Source: Schizochytrium sp. TIO01 (taxonomy: Eukaryota; Protista; Bigyra: Labyrinthulomycetes). Taken from it: a stretch of 64,000 bases of DNA. Location of the stretch: NCBI GenBank assembly GCA_004764695.1, contig SMSO01000034.1, forward strand, positions 2,976,001 to 3,040,000, written 5' to 3'. Below the pieces are notes generated by a model, which searched no databases, had not been told where the DNA came from, and worked only from the letters and a program-made list of their open reading frames with translations. Both the position numbers and the translations under genes were made by a program. This document shows positions 14,501 through 27,400 of the stretch, one piece after another; position 1 is the stretch's first letter, and each line of letters opens with the position of its first letter.

Positions 14501-16665
14501 TTATAAAATTAAAAGTTATTATAAAAAATCAAGTTTAAATTATTTCTAATCTTATGTTCAGAGCAGAAAAGTAAAAGAAAAGAAAAAAGAGTACTCTTTC
14601 AAGATACAAATTGTCTGATGTCCGTCATTCACTCGTAGAAAACGGTTCCCAGCTGCATCCACTATCTATGTTCAGGCACAACGACGACGATTTCTATTTG
14701 TCGATGCAGTTCTTCTGGATGCCAGGATGGTTAGTTGTCTTGTCCTCAACTTCAAGTAAGGCAACAATCTTTGGCTGGACACCCTCAGGCCCTGAGTTCG
14801 TCCAAGTACTTACAATGGATGGGTATAAATAACGCCACCCACGCGGTTTCCCTCAAGTCCTTCCCTGTCAGGCATTCTGGTCCATCCGGAGGCGCCCGAT
14901 GCTTCATCGAAAGATCGAGTTCAACGCAGAATTTGCAAAGCCCATCTCTCAAATTGACTCGACATAAATACACAAATAAATATATATTGCGCCTGCTGAG
15001 GGCATTCGTTGCATTTGTCAACTCACTCATCATCCAATGGCCATTTGAAGCTGGTGCCTGCCTACGAGAGCCGAGTTGTCTGTGCTTTCATCGTAGTTTC
15101 TGTTCATTCTGGCGTCTGCGAAGAAGGCCACAATGGTCGCATGCCGGCCTGAACTGGAGCCGGGCCCGTGTAAGAGCGAATGAATAGCTTAGCGAAATTC
15201 GCTGTTGCAATCTTCGGGGCTCAAGGACGAATCGATCGTGGCACGCGACGTTGCTGCGGCCCACGATCCATCGCTGAGCAACGCCTTCTTCGAGTTGCGG
15301 ACAGGGCTTTTATTGCGCGGAGCTCTTCGAAAGATCGCTGCATTTGTGACTCGAGATCTGCTCCGCAGAACATCGCCATTACGATAACCTCTAAGACGAA
15401 CAAAACCGCCTTAGCATCGTGGACTTACTTGCGCGCGCCTCGTGCGACGCCGCGTGGCGAGCAGGCTGCCGAGCGTTTCGCGAGCGGATTGCGGAGGCTG
15501 CGAGCAAACGCGTTGCGCTCTCTTCTGAGCTTTCGCTGAGCAATCGATCAATTCATTGATTGGTCGAGCGGTTGATTGATTCCACGGAGTTCTTCAAGAT
15601 GGCTCAGGATTCCTTTCTCAGGGCGTGTGAGAACCCGAGTCTTACGGGTTCCACGCTAATTCTTTTAGGAAAAACGTTTTCATTGTAAAGTTTTTTAGCT
15701 TTGATCATTTTGCTTTTTCAAGTAGTGTTATTATTTTAACAATAACAATAACAACAGTAATCATAATACTAATAATAAATTTAATTTAAATAGCAGATGT
15801 AAATGGATGAAGCAGAGCAACTCGATCGAGAAGGACCTCAATTGAGGCGTTCTGGCCGTGCCTTCGCTAACGACGGTGGATGTTTGGCCACGGAGAGATG
15901 ATGAGCCAAGACCAAAGTTGTTCTACAATAAATGGTCCGCGCAGAGGGAGCGATCGTGCCAAGAGCGTTGATCAGCATCTTCGAAAATGTTCCTCGAGCT
16001 GTGCCATTGGAACTCCCGAGGCAAAGTCACTATCGCTTGGTACTTCTGCCTTTAAAAAATAAATATAGAGAAAATAAAATAAAACTGTTAAATCATTTCG
16101 ACCCTTTTTCATCTCGGAAACAGTAGAGAATATTTTCAGTTAAATAGAATTGTCGAATAAAGCAGTAAGACCCACTAACCAATCCATAGGAGCGCATTGT
16201 GAAAGAAGCTTTTATTGGCTTCATTTTGTATCAAAATTTTCAGAGTTCGGTGCCCAGAATGGAAACAGAGAGAATCGTGAGAGAAAGAGCTGAGTCATCT
16301 TCTAAAGTCACTGAAAAGAAAAAGGCATGAGAACAAGCATGTCATTATGCAAAACCTGTAAGAGTGGGTTGGGAAGAATCCTGGGCAGGCTCTATTGGAT
16401 CATGAACGCAAAGACTTCCGTGGCAATTGGCGAGCAGTTTAAAAGTAATAAACCGAAACCTGGAGTGAGGAAATTCATGAGCGAAAGTAAACTTACTTAA
16501 AGCATTCCAAAAAGAACTTGCTAATCCTGCTGAGCAAGGCTCAAGGTAGCAATCGCCAAGACCATTCGAAGTTAGTCGGCGAGCCTCGTGAGCTGGATCC
16601 GAGACAGCAAATCCAAAACTCAAACCTGGATACCCAGTAAAACAAACAAGTCTCAACTAGCAACC

Positions 16666-18471
16666 ATGTTGCCTAACCAGGAAAACGAGCACGACCACGT
16701 CGAACGTGTTCAGGCTGAGGGTGTCATGGATACTGGCGAAACCATCATCGACCCGGCTAACGTCATTGACACTGCAGCCATCTCTCCTGAGAATGACTAT
16801 CCTGAGGATGTCTCCAAGGAAGAGCAGCTCGCTCTTTTGCCCGCAATCTACCTCACTGGCAATGAGAAGCGGCCTCTTAAGTCTGTTGATGCCGCTGGTA
16901 ACGAGTACTCGCACGTGCTCAAGCCCATGACCTACTGTGTCATGCTTATTCTGTTGATGGAACTCCTCGAGCGCCTGTCCTACTACGGCATCAACTTTAC
17001 GCAGACTGCCTACCTCACCGGCACATACAGCGACTGGAGCCCCGATCTTGACTCTGTGACGGCCAGTTCTTGGACCCTTACTGCTACTGCCATTGCCTAC
17101 TCTGTACCTTTCCTTGGTGCCATTATTTCTGATGGCTTCATTGGAAACTACTACACCATTATCTTCTTCACCAGTTGCGTGTACATCCCCGGTCTTCTGC
17201 TCATTGCCCTTTGCTCCAAGGAGAGCATCTGGAGCAATGGTGTCTACCCGCAAAAGGTTCTTGCTGCTGCTCTCTTGGGCCTTTACGCTGCTGGTGCTGG
17301 TGGCATCAAGGCCTGTGTCAACGTCATGGGTGCTCAGCAATACCACCCGCTTCTGCAGAAGTCCCTCATCTCTGACTACTACGTGAACTTTTACATGTTC
17401 ATCAACATCGGTGCTATTGTTGGTGGCATTGTCATTCCTCTCGTCGTCCAAAAGAATGCCTTTGGTGCCTACCTTATTCCGGTGTGCTGTCTCGCCGTCG
17501 GCCTCATCTGCTTCATCATTGGTACCCCGCGTTACGTCCGCATGAAGCCCCAGGGCTCTGATATTCTCCAGTCTCTCAAGGCTACTGCCATGGCCTGCAC
17601 CCACTGCCCTCCTAACATCGAGAAGGTCAAGGTCAGCAACGGCGGTACCTTCGACGACGTCTTTATTGACAAGGTCAAGATTATTGCCCGCCTTATCGTC
17701 ATTCAGCTCGCCATTATTCCCTTCAACATGGCATACGGTCAGATGGCTAGTGTCTTTGTTATCCAGGGCTCCGTAATGCGCAGTGCTGGTATGATTGATG
17801 CCTCTTGGATGCAGAACTTCGATGCTTTCTCTGTGCTCTTCAGTGGCTTCGTTGTGTCTCGTTTCCTCTACCCGTTCCTTGAGAAGCACGGCATCCAATT
17901 GCACATGGCAACCAAGTTTTCGATCGGTACATTCCTTGGTGCCCTCGCCATTCTTTCTGATGTCATCATTGACTACATGATCCACAAGCACTACGAGGAA
18001 ACTGGTGAGCCCCTCAGCATCATGTGGCAGATCTTCCCGTACTTTTTCATTGGTGCTGGTGAGATTTTCGCCGAGTCTTCTGCCTACGATGCCACTTTCC
18101 AGATTAGTCCTGACGGTCTCAAGGCCTTTGGCTCTGCTCTCAACCTTTTCATGATCGGTGCTGTGCCTAACTTCATTTCCGAGGCAATCCTCAACGGTTG
18201 CGAGGAGTGGTTTACCGGTCCCGATGGCACCTCAAACATTGATACTCTTGAGCAGTACGCTGGTTCCAAGGTCTACCTCTACCTCTGGGTTCTCTTTGGT
18301 ATCTCCATGTTCGGTACCCTCGGCAACCTTGTGCCCTGGTTCAAGCAGTTCTACTCGACCACCGAGGAAATGTCCAACGACCTCGTTCGCGCCAGCCGTG
18401 CAGAGGCTAACGATGTTGAGAAGAAGGCTGCTGCTCCTCAGCCTGCTGAGAACCCCATCTCCTCTGTCTAA
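16666..18471 (+). CDS. POT/PTR2/NPF oligopeptide transporter, paralogue 2, 601 aa from the first ATG
   Basis: ELLERLSYYG, GAIISDGFIGNYYTI, FYMFINIGA, GAGEIF. The ORF track starts at a GTG (16588); the first ATG (caaccATG) is at 16666. Confidence 0.95.
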   Translation: MLPNQENEHDHVERVQAEGVMDTGETIIDPANVIDTAAISPENDYPEDVSKEEQLALLPAIYLTGNEKRPLKSVDAAGNEYSHVLKPMTYCVMLILLMELLERLSYYGINFTQTAYLTGTYSDWSPDLDSVTASSWTLTATAIAYSVPFLGAIISDGFIGNYYTIIFFTSCVYIPGLLLIALCSKESIWSNGVYPQKVLAAALLGLYAAGAGGIKACVNVMGAQQYHPLLQKSLISDYYVNFYMFINIGAIVGGIVIPLVVQKNAFGAYLIPVCCLAVGLICFIIGTPRYVRMKPQGSDILQSLKATAMACTHCPPNIEKVKVSNGGTFDDVFIDKVKIIARLIVIQLAIIPFNMAYGQMASVFVIQGSVMRSAGMIDASWMQNFDAFSVLFSGFVVSRFLYPFLEKHGIQLHMATKFSIGTFLGALAILSDVIIDYMIHKHYEETGEPLSIMWQIFPYFFIGAGEIFAESSAYDATFQISPDGLKAFGSALNLFMIGAVPNFISEAILNGCEEWFTGPDGTSNIDTLEQYAGSKVYLYLWVLFGISMFGTLGNLVPWFKQFYSTTEEMSNDLVRASRAEANDVEKKAAAPQPAENPISSV

Positions 18472-19572
18472 AGGACAACGTCGAAGAAAACAACAACACT
18501 GTGTAGTACTTAGGATTTTGCTTTCCTCTACAATCCGATTTACATGATAGACCTGACTTTAAATTTTTACAATTGTTTCTGCATATGATTACTTTTCCAA
18601 CCCCTATTTCTTGTCTTTATGGATTATAAGGCCGCTCCAAGCTTCATCCAAACATATACTTCAATATTTCGCAAAAGTTCAAAGCCAACTTCGATCTCAC
18701 TTAACTCCGTGAAAATCCTATCTTTCTGCAATGTTTGTATAACGTGCCCTGCACTAGCTATAAAATAAGAACTTTAGTTTTCGAAAATGAGTATCTTTCT
18801 TTGATATGTCTATTATCAATTTTAAGGTGCATAGTTAGATCACCCGAGCAAAACTTCTTCGTTGCGCAGGAGAAAGGGCTACAGTATCGAAACATTTGCA
18901 TTGAGAGAGAGAGTCAGTCCTTCACAAATGCAGTAACTTTCTTATCGGTCTCAGTCTGATTCATCGACTTGAGCATTTCAGCAAATACCCATTTTTGCTC
19001 GCAGTTCTTCATGTTAGGAGACAAATGGAATTCACGTGTCCGTAACATTCTATCTACATATCTATCTGTCTTTTTTTAACTGAGGCATATCATTTCTGGG
19101 GAATCCCCAGGAACCTGTTTCCTTACATCTGGTAACACCGTACTAGAAGTGAATCACAGAACAACTCTGACGTTGGTGTTAAATTCAAAACTCAAAGGTA
19201 GACCTTTACTTCGCAATTTTAAGAAACGGAACAATCCTATCCCTCTATTCCCAAAACTGCTTTAACTCTTCGCTTTAACATTCATCATTCATGTATCATA
19301 GCTCAGTTGTTGTATACATCTGTCTCTATTGGCCTTCTTCGATGTTGTCTCCGACCACCTGTGCTCTTTTCTCTTTTCGTGTTCCCTTTGTACAGACAGT
19401 CCTACCTAGGTCTTACCAACCATGTTTTCCACAGCACGATCTCTCAAACGATACCAATAACCAATTATAACAATAGTTAGTTCGTAACTAAATACAGCTC
19501 GCAAACCCAATCAACCCAGGCGTCACCCTTTGCTCCGGGGTTCAGACAGGACCAGCTTTTGCAGCAGATACA

Positions 19573-19890
19573 CTATGAAAGCACGCTCTTGGCACGCGTT
19601 GCGTCGAACTCGGCATGCGATGATCTTGACAGTTTTCCTCTTCCAGACCGTGCTCCTCAGCCTTCATCACTCACTGAGTGTCCAGTCTGAATCGTTGACC
19701 TCCGAGCCTTTAGCAGTGATTGTCTGGCAGCTTGAAGGTGATCCGCCACCATTTCAAAGCCAATCGAGTTCAAGCTCAAGACTATCGCACGCTTGAATTT
19801 GCTCACGTATTAAACCTCCTCGGAGTTCATCTGTTCGAACTTTTGTCGGAATTCCCGAACCAGCCTCAGAGTACTCCTCTCACCAACGCG
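19573..19890 (-). pseudogene. Possible decayed coding fragment of unknown family
   Basis: One frame of 106 codons reads as helical protein (RLVREFRQKFEQMNSEEV*YVSKFKRAIVLSLNSIGFEMVADHLQAARQSLL...) with two internal stops; no homology recognised. Confidence 0.3.
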
Positions 19891-21171
19891 ACGTACCTTT
19901 GAGGAGACATTATAAAATAGTCCCTGGTTGGAAGCGACCTGGAGATTGTGCCGAGATTTCTTTCTTTCTATCAAACGGCAGGTCGAGTTCTTCCGATATA
20001 AAAATGATTTACGGCTTCAATTTATTGCGTACCTACTTGGGTTTGAATGAGCGTGTGATAGAGTAGTTAAAACTTGAGTCCCGTGGATACCTTTGCGATG
20101 AAAGTCGAGATATTTGTGGTAAATATTATTCTAAATTGTAAAGGAGTTTGATCTTCTCAATGTTTTGAATTTAAACCTAAAGAAATCTTTGTTTTTAATT
20201 AATTAAAATTAAAAGTTATGATTATTATATAGGCATATCAAAGTTAAAAAGTAAAGATAAAACGCCGAGAATATGTTTTAATTTTAAGTTAGAGAAAAAT
20301 ATAGAGAGAAAATTTTACCTTGTGGGTAGGATCTACTATGGTCTACTTAGTACGGTTTTTTTATGTGCAAAGCATAAAATTTACTTCGGTTGGCTCGATT
20401 GCGTTCCCGAATAAACCTACAGACACCGTGTCAAAAAGAGCAGGCTTTGCTTGAAGCTTTATATTGCGCAATTAATTTTGCCAAATGGATTCAGACTGAG
20501 GTTACCCAGGTGGCATCTCCGCGCGAAAGCTTTGAGGCTGTTTTGCAACACCCTTTCGAAGTAAATAGTACTTTAGAAGATTTTCGAGAGAAGATTTTCC
20601 GCTTTCGTATTATTTTCATCTCCTTAAGTGGTTACTACTTGCCCACTTTTTTGCCTCCGTTTGTCATACTTCATTTCTTAAACTGTCAGAATTTTTAGCG
20701 GGATAAATTATTTATATATATAGATCATCACATTTTTATGTTAGACTAACAATTAATTAGCCAAACAAAAGAAGACATAGTCAAAAAAGAAGAGAAAGTC
20801 TAATTTAAAAAAAGTAAAGTTTGTTTTTTAATTTTTTTTTTTTTAATATCACTTGTAAAAGCTCAACTGTCTCTTTAAACTAATAAAGTTAACTGATTCT
20901 GATATCTCGTGCCTCGCTGAACAGCTTGAAGCGTTCGAGTTTATCGCCACAGAGCGCGAGCAGGGTTCAAGTTGGCCTGGGCATTCGCCTGCCGGCAAAC
21001 TCCTTGAAGGCAGGCCATGGTCCAGCTCGTAGTTGCGACTCCATTTCGCACACTCGAACAGTTGGACGGGGTCTGAGCAGCAGCTTCTTCAAGAACTCCG
21101 TGGAAACTCGCAAAAAAAAGGTGAAGCAGATTTTGATAGAACGCGGGAGCCTCCGGAACCGCTGGAAGGCG

Positions 21172-21255
21172 TCTTCAAGAACTTCTTCAAGGACTTCTTC
21201 AAGGATCTCTTCAAGGATCTCTTCAAGGGCCTCTTCAAGGACCTCTTCAAGGACC
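21172..21255. repeat. 12-bp minisatellite TCTTCAAGGACC, 7 copies
   Basis: Units start at 21172, 21184, 21196, 21208, 21220, 21232 and 21244, with 0-2 mismatches each. Confidence 0.95.
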
Positions 21256-22640
21256 TGCTGGCGAATTGCGATGACGGCAATGTATGTATGAAGGCATGCG
21301 TGTTCGGCATGTTGATTCAGGCTCTGACTGCAAGAGGCTCATAACTGGTTGAGTCCAAGATCTGAGCAGCTGCTAAACCTTTGAGGTGCTGGAGATCGCC
21401 GCCACGAAGAAGGTACAAAGAGACAGATCACGAGGTCTCTCTGTTGCCGTACAGCGAAGGACGACCCTGCAGCGTGGAAAGCTGTCTTTATACCACGAGT
21501 GCGACCCACTCAGGGAGTCTGATCAAGGGCCCGAGAGCTCGCGTGTGTGGCTGAAAACGCGGGTTTGCAGGATTGAGATTGCTGAAAAGCGAAAGGATCG
21601 AACGCACTGGACGCTAGACAGCTAGCTTAAGAGCTTGCTAGCCATAGCTAGATGGAGGGCACCCAAGGACTGAGGATCTGAAGCCCAATGACGCCTCCGC
21701 GATATTTGTGGATCATGGATTAGCGATGGAGAGCTGAGTTCGACCGATCAAGATCGCAGATGTTGGTCTCTGAGCGGTAAGCCCGAAACCGGTTGCAGCC
21801 TGTTTGGGCGCGTGCTTCTGCTCAGCAAGCTTTGCATGATTGATACCAACATTTTAAGGTTGCAACAACTTGAGCTGTTCATGCAGCTCAGGTAGTACCC
21901 TGGTACTTGCTCGTGCAGTTCGGGATACAAAAAACGGGTTGCGCAACATTCTTTAGCTGCTCGCATCATCATATATACGGTGATTTGGATGTCGTGCGAG
22001 GAGAATTAGAATTGAACTCCGGGCAACGACAAGAGGGGAGGACAGCATGGTATCTGAATCAATGATTTCGTGCGTTCGTTGGGTTGTTTTAGGATAGAAT
22101 ATAATGGATGTGTCGGAGTGGTTTGACGAAGTTTTGAAGAGACAGCTCGCCTCGAGAACTGCTTTCTAATGACTAACAAATGCAAAAGCGTCGAGCAACT
22201 TGAGACTATTGAGCAGACTCCGAGCCGCCAATCAAACTTACTCTTACCAAGATGAAATAGATGCTGAGGAAGACCACGTGACATGTAGTGGAAGATAGAT
22301 TTGAAAGTATGGTTCGCAACACGTCAGAAGGGTTAACAGGAAAGCTGTTTGGACATTTGTGAGTTGTCACCCCTCCGACGCTCTGTATATTCGCCCCATG
22401 TAGGCGACCCTGTTAGATCTTGAAGAAACCTCTAGAGAAAAGTCATGAATGTGTCTGAATTTGTATATCACGAGGCGATCGCGTTCTAGAGGGAATTAAC
22501 CACTTTGTAGCTGAGCACCGCGTCACAACATTAGAAAAAGAAAATCTTTCGCAATGCGTTAGTTCTGAATAGTAGGGAGGTATTGATTGTCAATTTATAG
22601 TGAAAGGAAACTATGTTTATCGAATTGGGATGCTTGGCTA

Positions 22641-22673
22641 ACCAAAACCAAAACCAAAACCAAAACCAAAACC
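22641..22673. repeat. (ACCAAA)n hexamer, about 5.5 copies, in the POT3 leader
   Basis: Directly visible about 70 bp upstream of ATG 22745. Confidence 0.9.
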
Positions 22674-22744
22674 GTAACTTGCAAGTAGTGAAGAGACTTA
22701 GTCTGGAACACAGATTGTGAACGAAAGAACTCGAAAGCAAGAGG

Positions 22745-24487
22745 ATGATCAAGCAAGAAGATGATAAAACCCTCGAGAGGGTTGATCCTCAGCCACAAAA
22801 TGAAGAAGTTGGCCCATTAGATGCGGCAGTGTCACCAGAAAATAACCTTCCGGATGATATTTCTTCTGAAGAACAGTTGAGCGTTGTACCAGCGGTTTAT
22901 CTCTCAGGTGACCCCAAACGTCCTCTTCTTTCTGTCGATGCAGCCGGCAACAGCTACACTCATGTTTTGAAGCCTATGCGGAGCTGTGTGATGCTTATTT
23001 TGATGATGGAGCTTCTTGAGCGCCTTTCGTACTACGGAATCAACTTTACTCAAACAGCATATTTGACGGGAAGCTATGGCGATTGGAGCCCCCAACTTGA
23101 CTCAGTTACAGCAAGCTCGTGGACACTGACTGCCACTGCTATTGCATATTCAGTTCCCTTTCTTGGAGCCATTATTTCAGATGGCTTCATCGGCAACTAC
23201 TATACCATTATTTTCTTCACCAGCTGTGTGTACATTCCTGGTTTATTGCTGATCGCGCTTTGCACGAAGGAAAGTATTTGGCACAGTGAGGTGTACCCCC
23301 AGAAAGTTCTTGCAGCAGCATTACTGGGCCTCTATGCTGCTGGTGCCGGTGGTATCAAGGCTTGTGTCAATGTGATGGGCGCACAGCAGTATCACCCACT
23401 CTTACAGAAATCTCTCATCTCGGACTACTATGTCAACTTTTACATGTTTATCAACATCGGTGCTATCGTTGGAGGTATCGTCATCCCGCTGGTTATTCAA
23501 GTTAACGCATTTGGAGCTTACATTATCCCCCCATGCTGCCTATTCTTAGGCCTCTGTGCATTCGTGCTTGGAACTCCCCGGTATATCCGCATGAAACCTC
23601 AGGGTTCTGACATTTTGGAGTCCTTGAAGGCTACTGCTGTAGCATGCACACATTGTCCGCCAAACATTGAAAAGGTTAAAGCTAGCAATGGAGGTGCCTT
23701 TGACGATGTCTTCATCGAAAAGGTCAAAATTATCTTTCGCCTTATTTTGATTCAGCTCGCTATTATTCCCTTCAATATGGCCTACGGACAAATGGCTAGT
23801 GTTTTTGTTGTCCAGGGTGAGGTCATGCAGAATGCAGGCATGATTGATGCATCTTGGATGCAAAATTTTGATGCGTTTTCCGTTTTGTTTAATGGTTTCA
23901 TTGTTTCTCGATTTCTCTACCCTTTTCTAGAGCGTAAAGGAATCCATTTGCACATGACTACCAAATTTGCAATCGGAACTTTTTGTGGTGCTCTTGCAAT
24001 TCTTTCAGATGTTATTATCGATTATATGATCCATAAGCACTATGAGGAAACCGGCGAGCCCCTCAGTATTATGTGGCAAATCTTCCCTTACTTCTTTATT
24101 GGCGCCGGAGAGATTTTTGCAGAGTCATCCGCCTACGATGCAACTTTTCAAATCAGTCCCGACGGTCTCAAAGCCTTTGGCTCTGCCCTCAACCTTTTCA
24201 TGATTGGTGCTGTGCCAAACTTCATTTCTGAGGCAATTCTCAATGCTTGTGAAGGTTGGTTCACTAATGATGCCGGCAACGCCACAATTGACACAGTCGA
24301 AACATATGTTCAAGCGAAGGTTTACAACTACCTATGGGTTTTGTTTGGCATTGCAATGTTTGGCACACTCGGCAACTTGGTACCTTGGTTTAAGCAGTAC
24401 TACTCCACGACGGAGGAAATGGCAAACGACCTCGTTCGCAAAGGGCGCCTTGATGAAAAGGAAAAGACTGCTGTTTCCGAGGTGTAA
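22745..24487 (+). CDS. POT/PTR2/NPF oligopeptide transporter, paralogue 3, 580 aa
   Basis: Same motifs; long stretches identical in protein to paralogue 2 (e.g. SVPFLGAIISDGFIGNYYTIIFFTSCVYIPGLLLIALC). Confidence 0.95.
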   Translation: MIKQEDDKTLERVDPQPQNEEVGPLDAAVSPENNLPDDISSEEQLSVVPAVYLSGDPKRPLLSVDAAGNSYTHVLKPMRSCVMLILMMELLERLSYYGINFTQTAYLTGSYGDWSPQLDSVTASSWTLTATAIAYSVPFLGAIISDGFIGNYYTIIFFTSCVYIPGLLLIALCTKESIWHSEVYPQKVLAAALLGLYAAGAGGIKACVNVMGAQQYHPLLQKSLISDYYVNFYMFINIGAIVGGIVIPLVIQVNAFGAYIIPPCCLFLGLCAFVLGTPRYIRMKPQGSDILESLKATAVACTHCPPNIEKVKASNGGAFDDVFIEKVKIIFRLILIQLAIIPFNMAYGQMASVFVVQGEVMQNAGMIDASWMQNFDAFSVLFNGFIVSRFLYPFLERKGIHLHMTTKFAIGTFCGALAILSDVIIDYMIHKHYEETGEPLSIMWQIFPYFFIGAGEIFAESSAYDATFQISPDGLKAFGSALNLFMIGAVPNFISEAILNACEGWFTNDAGNATIDTVETYVQAKVYNYLWVLFGIAMFGTLGNLVPWFKQYYSTTEEMANDLVRKGRLDEKEKTAVSEV

Positions 24488-27400
24488 ATCAGTGATACCC
24501 TACAGAAAAAAACAAGGTCAATTCATAGCTTGCATAGACGTATAAACTAAAACTTAAGAAGTAATCATGCTCAACTCAATCGTACATATTACTTGTTTGC
24601 TTATTAGCAAAAAGGAGAACGAAACTTTACACTATATTTGCAACACAATGCCAAACACTCCACGACTTACTTGAGATCTTGATAATCTTTGGCGACTTGC
24701 CTATTTCAAAGAGAGATGGATTAATGTCAATGCTGCGATTTCCAAAGGAAGGAACGTCCTGGAAAAACGCTGACTTGAGTCTGTAATACCCTTATGGAAG
24801 CCCTAAGGTACGAAGTAACAAGTAACATAAATGGACTCCTATGCCGAATTAAATCAATTGCAACTTATACTGTGAAAGAAGAACTCTCATGATATGCTTA
24901 ATATAGTTGAAGAAGTCTTCGTTAAAAGAATTATTATAGCGATGCGAATCAATACAACGTAGTGACACTCGATTCTAACGCATGCCTAGAGATCATCAGG
25001 AATTACACCCAACTCTCTCAAAATCTTCAGTTTATGCCAGGGGTTTAGGTAACCTGGTCTCAATCATCAGTCAATCTTCAGCAAACACTGAATTAGCTTT
25101 CTAAAGGGTGTTTACATTTTGGATAGTAAATTTCCCTGACAGTCTTTATGGAATCCTTAGTACAGTGTTTTTTTGCCATCCTAACTCTCTTGGACAGTGC
25201 ATACCATTGATATTCATACAAGAGATTAGATTGCTATATTTAAGATGCTTTTTTGTCGAACGAGGCGTCCTTGCTTAATATATCTGAGCTTTCAAAACCG
25301 AATGTTTTTTCAAAACATGGGCAGCTTTTCTCATTTTGTGGTTCTGGAAACCCCAGAGAAGACCTGGACTTACTGCAGGACTGCATGCTAAAAATTAGGC
25401 AGAGTGCTTGCTATTGGCGTGTTAAGGTGAGTAAGTATTCAAAGAGAAGGGTTTGCCTGAAAATTAAATTGAATGTTGTTATTAGACATTAATCTTGACA
25501 AATTATTTTTGTTTCAACAAAGAAATATATTACTCCTCGGTGTCTTTCATATACCTGTTTGCAGCACATGAAGTTCTGAACGACATACATAAGAGAAAAT
25601 TGAGATACCAGTTCACCAATTTTCGCGGACTTTAAACTAAAGTAAATGTGCCAAAAATCAGCTTGACGTTGAACTGTCGGGTAGTATTGCATCATCATGA
25701 GCAACGTACCACACGTCATCAAAATGAGTTTCTTAAGTTTAAGAATATATTCACTAACATAAATCCTTGCGCTTCATGTGAAAGTTATTGTAAAATTGAT
25801 GTTTACTTGCGCTGTGATATCATGTCTATCTATCTATTATTTTACCTTCACTTACACTTGCCAAAGCATTCTTCCAATAAGTACTTTTTTTCCTCTCAAA
25901 TTCCTGCTTCTTCCTGCGGTCGGTTCAAGAGCTTGGAAAAATTGCGATTAAATAGTTTAAAAGTTACTTGCGTAAGAGGAGCGGAGGACAGAGCCTAAAA
26001 GTGGCCAAATATCTCAAGGCCGATAGTTTTGGGGAATCTAAATTTCTTGGCGCAATCTGTCGCTTCTACGAGGTGCGTGCGAATCATGCGACCATATGGG
26101 ATACTCGTTTTCTGTAAATTGCATCGCTTTAAGAGTTTACTATATCAGTAAATATGAGGACAAGATATTATGTCTCCCAGCTACATTTACTTATTATTAT
26201 GCTTTGAGTCGACGGACAGGAGGCTTCTTCGAAATAGAGAATTAGTTTGTGTAGGAACCAGTTAAAGAGGGACACTCGAATTGCATGCGCTGCATGCCTG
26301 GAACTGCACGCAGACCAGCTCGGGAGACGGGTTCAAACAACCGGCTCGTCATTCTACCTGAAAGATGGGTCTACTACCTGCACATCTCACGCACTCACAA
26401 TACATTCCTCTCCCCAGGACAGCTTAAGTTTTAGGGTGTTTGGATCTTTATATAACGAAACCATTCTTGAACTTTATTAGTATTTGTTTGGTCACTAACA
26501 AAAAACACACAAACATTGGTGCTTCCTCTCAAAATAAGCGGGTTTACTGGTTTTCTCCACACAGGCATACCTACGATTCGTTTTGAGGAGTGATCAACTT
26601 TAAGCAGAGCCAAACCTAATGCTCCCCTTGATTTCAATTTAGCTTGGTTTTACCTTTCTAGTTTGGACTGCCCTTTCCAAACAACACATCCTTGCCTTTC
26701 AAGATGCTAGCCATGAAGGGACAGTGTTGGGGAGCAAGTGAAACACGCAATCTGTGCTATGTATTGTACAGCCTTGCGTCGCAAAGAGAAAGCGAGCCTC
26801 TCTATCAAAATCAACCAACGTTATTTCCATGAAAACTAAATTTAATTCCATATGACTGGTAAATTTTAACATTGGGGATCACCAACGAATCACAGTAACT
26901 CAAAAGCATGAATGAGTCCAATCAAACCAAAAAGGTGACAGCTTCGGTTGATCAATTGTAGGCTACTCAATAAACTTCTATTCTTGTAAAGAAGAAGGAA
27001 AGGGCACAGGGTACCTTCTAAACCTTTTTGTTCCTGATACTAAAGGGAGTAGGTACCTACGGATATCTTGGTTTTCCAATAACAAATTACGACTGCTTTA
27101 AACAAAAACAAAAACAAAAGTCTTACGCACTGAGTTCAAACACTTATTTTTCTGACGGTGTCCTCCGATTGGGCTCAGATATATCTAGATGGCAATATTA
27201 TAGACTTCCGATAAGTCGCCTGCGCATATATCTTAGCTGCAAAGGCAAGCCTCCCTTCTGCTTGCAATTGTCCTCATTTGGTCATCTGGACCTCAAAAAG
27301 AGTGCATTCCTTGTATTTTTCCTGCACGTGCAACGTGGTACAAACGACTCTTTCATTTTAATAACTCGAAACAAACACCTTTTTAAAAATCACAATGGTG

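Noticed and set aside
16291-16297. TGAGTCA (Gcn4/AP-1-type site) upstream of POT2
   Set aside because: The same heptamer occurs at several unrelated positions (about 27.9, 31.5, 32.7 and 60.4 kb); no enrichment shown
16657-17991. 444-aa antisense ORF within POT2
   Set aside because: Exactly in codon register with the sense gene; explained by avoidance of TTA/CTA/TCA codons
26300-26360. tRNA-like GGTTCAAA motif
   Set aside because: No T-stem or cloverleaf pairing around it
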